Assembly (NCBI GenBank): GCA_002633005.1
Contig: NMRA01000660.1
Location: forward strand, 11,478 to 75,477
Reading direction: 5' to 3'
Source: Phoronis australis
Lineage: Eukaryota > Animalia > Phoronida
DNA: 64,000 bases
The stretch's first letter is position 1, and every line of letters begins with the position of its first letter. Shown piece after piece: positions 62,965-64,000 of this stretch. The notes beneath the pieces were generated by a model. The model was not told the origin of the DNA, ran no database searches, and saw only the letters and a program-made list of their open reading frames with translations. A program made the translations under genes and the position numbers.

Positions 62965-64000
62965 CTGAAGAAAGCACATGCATTATAGTCGTCAACAAAA
63001 CAGAATTTGTCCGCCACTGCTAGGGTCATTGATGACGGCCAAAAATGTTTCCGAAGCAGATGTGGTTCACATTCCGCATAACTCTAATCATCGCACAGGA
63101 ACTCGAGGCACACCTTTCAAAACAGCAAGAAGTCTTTTTTCACAACTCAATTTCAAAAAAAGACTGCGTGACAGCTCGGTATTAGATCTCAAATACTGCA
63201 TGCGGAGCTTGGGTCAACCCAACTAGGAAACGTCATGCAGAGAAACAGAAGTACACTGATAAGTTAGCACCGTAGTCTGAACGCTTATTACTAAAATCAA
63301 ATAAAACAGACAAGCAAATATCACAGATGCTTGAATTGCAATGTAATAATCACCAAAAATCACCTCTAGCCCTGTACTGCTACCATAACACGACATACAG
63401 GGCTAGCCAACTTCGTCAAAAGGAAACATATCCACCAAGCACACGGAAATTTGTCAAAACAGGTCACATACTTGTCACCAAATCCTTTGTTCATATTGGG
63501 TCACGTTTTTATACATTGCCTCTGTCACTTTACGGACTTTGTTCAAGGAGCTCCATTGAAATGTACAAAAATGCAAACCACAATGTACAAACTACCTAAT
63601 TAGACAGCACCCGTACTATGTTTGTTTGTCGAATAAAAACTTCGTATATTCCCGTACAATATACAAACATGGCAGGATAGTTACCTGCTTTCGAACCATT
63701 TACTCAGTAGTAGTAGTAGTAGTAGCCATTTTACTCATGTGTTCTTTTCTTGAAAAATTGGTGGCAATCACGGAAAATACCCTGTGCTCAGGAATTGGGA
63801 AGTACATACAGTTGAAAAGAAATTCAACAGATTAAGGCCATTGGTGAGTGTGTTTGGTGGATAATTTGCCGTTTGTCGAGAAGATGCTTGCTTCCCCAAG
63901 GCTACTTATATATATTTTATTGTATTGTACAGTGTAGCAGTATGGCGCCGAATTGGGGAATCCTATGTTGGAAATGTTTTTTTTTTTTTTTTTTTTTTTT

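Noticed and set aside
579-63835. Most short ORFs in the supplied track (e.g. 1021-1416, 3319-3747, 32893-33640, 57354-57791)
   Set aside because: No recognisable motifs; they are intronic, repeat-derived or antisense shadows of real exons.
63976-64000. Poly-T tract (also poly-A at 53624-53640)
   Set aside because: Simple homopolymers; the terminal one is cut by the window edge, so a retro-tail cannot be supported.

Overview
Eukaryotic, intron-rich, AT-rich DNA, probably from a marine invertebrate. The ORF track is mostly noise because the real genes are split into short GT-AG exons. I reconstructed three genes by hand. (1) On the + strand (27-16048) is the 3' half of a receptor protein tyrosine phosphatase: TM helix, a D1 domain with intact catalytic motifs, a pseudo-D2 domain and a PTPalpha/epsilon-like YANF tail. 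(2) Tail-to-tail with it on the - strand (19083 to at least 40703) is a Tie/TEK-like receptor tyrosine kinase with an unusual ectodomain: Ig-like, kringle, Ig, 3xEGF, 3xFN3, and no Ig3. Its first exon(s) are unresolved. (3) At 62793-62964 (-) is the last exon of a second, tandem paralog of that kinase. Introns and intergenic DNA hold many non-autonomous or decayed transposons: a Sola2-like relic, an IS3EU-like foldback, a Tc1/mariner-type MITE, Harbinger-like and 5-bp-TSD hAT-like MITEs, hairpin-ended elements and Penelope-like fragments. The most unusual items are the kringle-containing Tie kinase in a kinase/phosphatase cluster, a 25-copy minisatellite built from a real 5' splice site, and a minisatellite built from a reverse-transcriptase YVDD motif. 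Exon boundaries were read by eye and need RNA confirmation.
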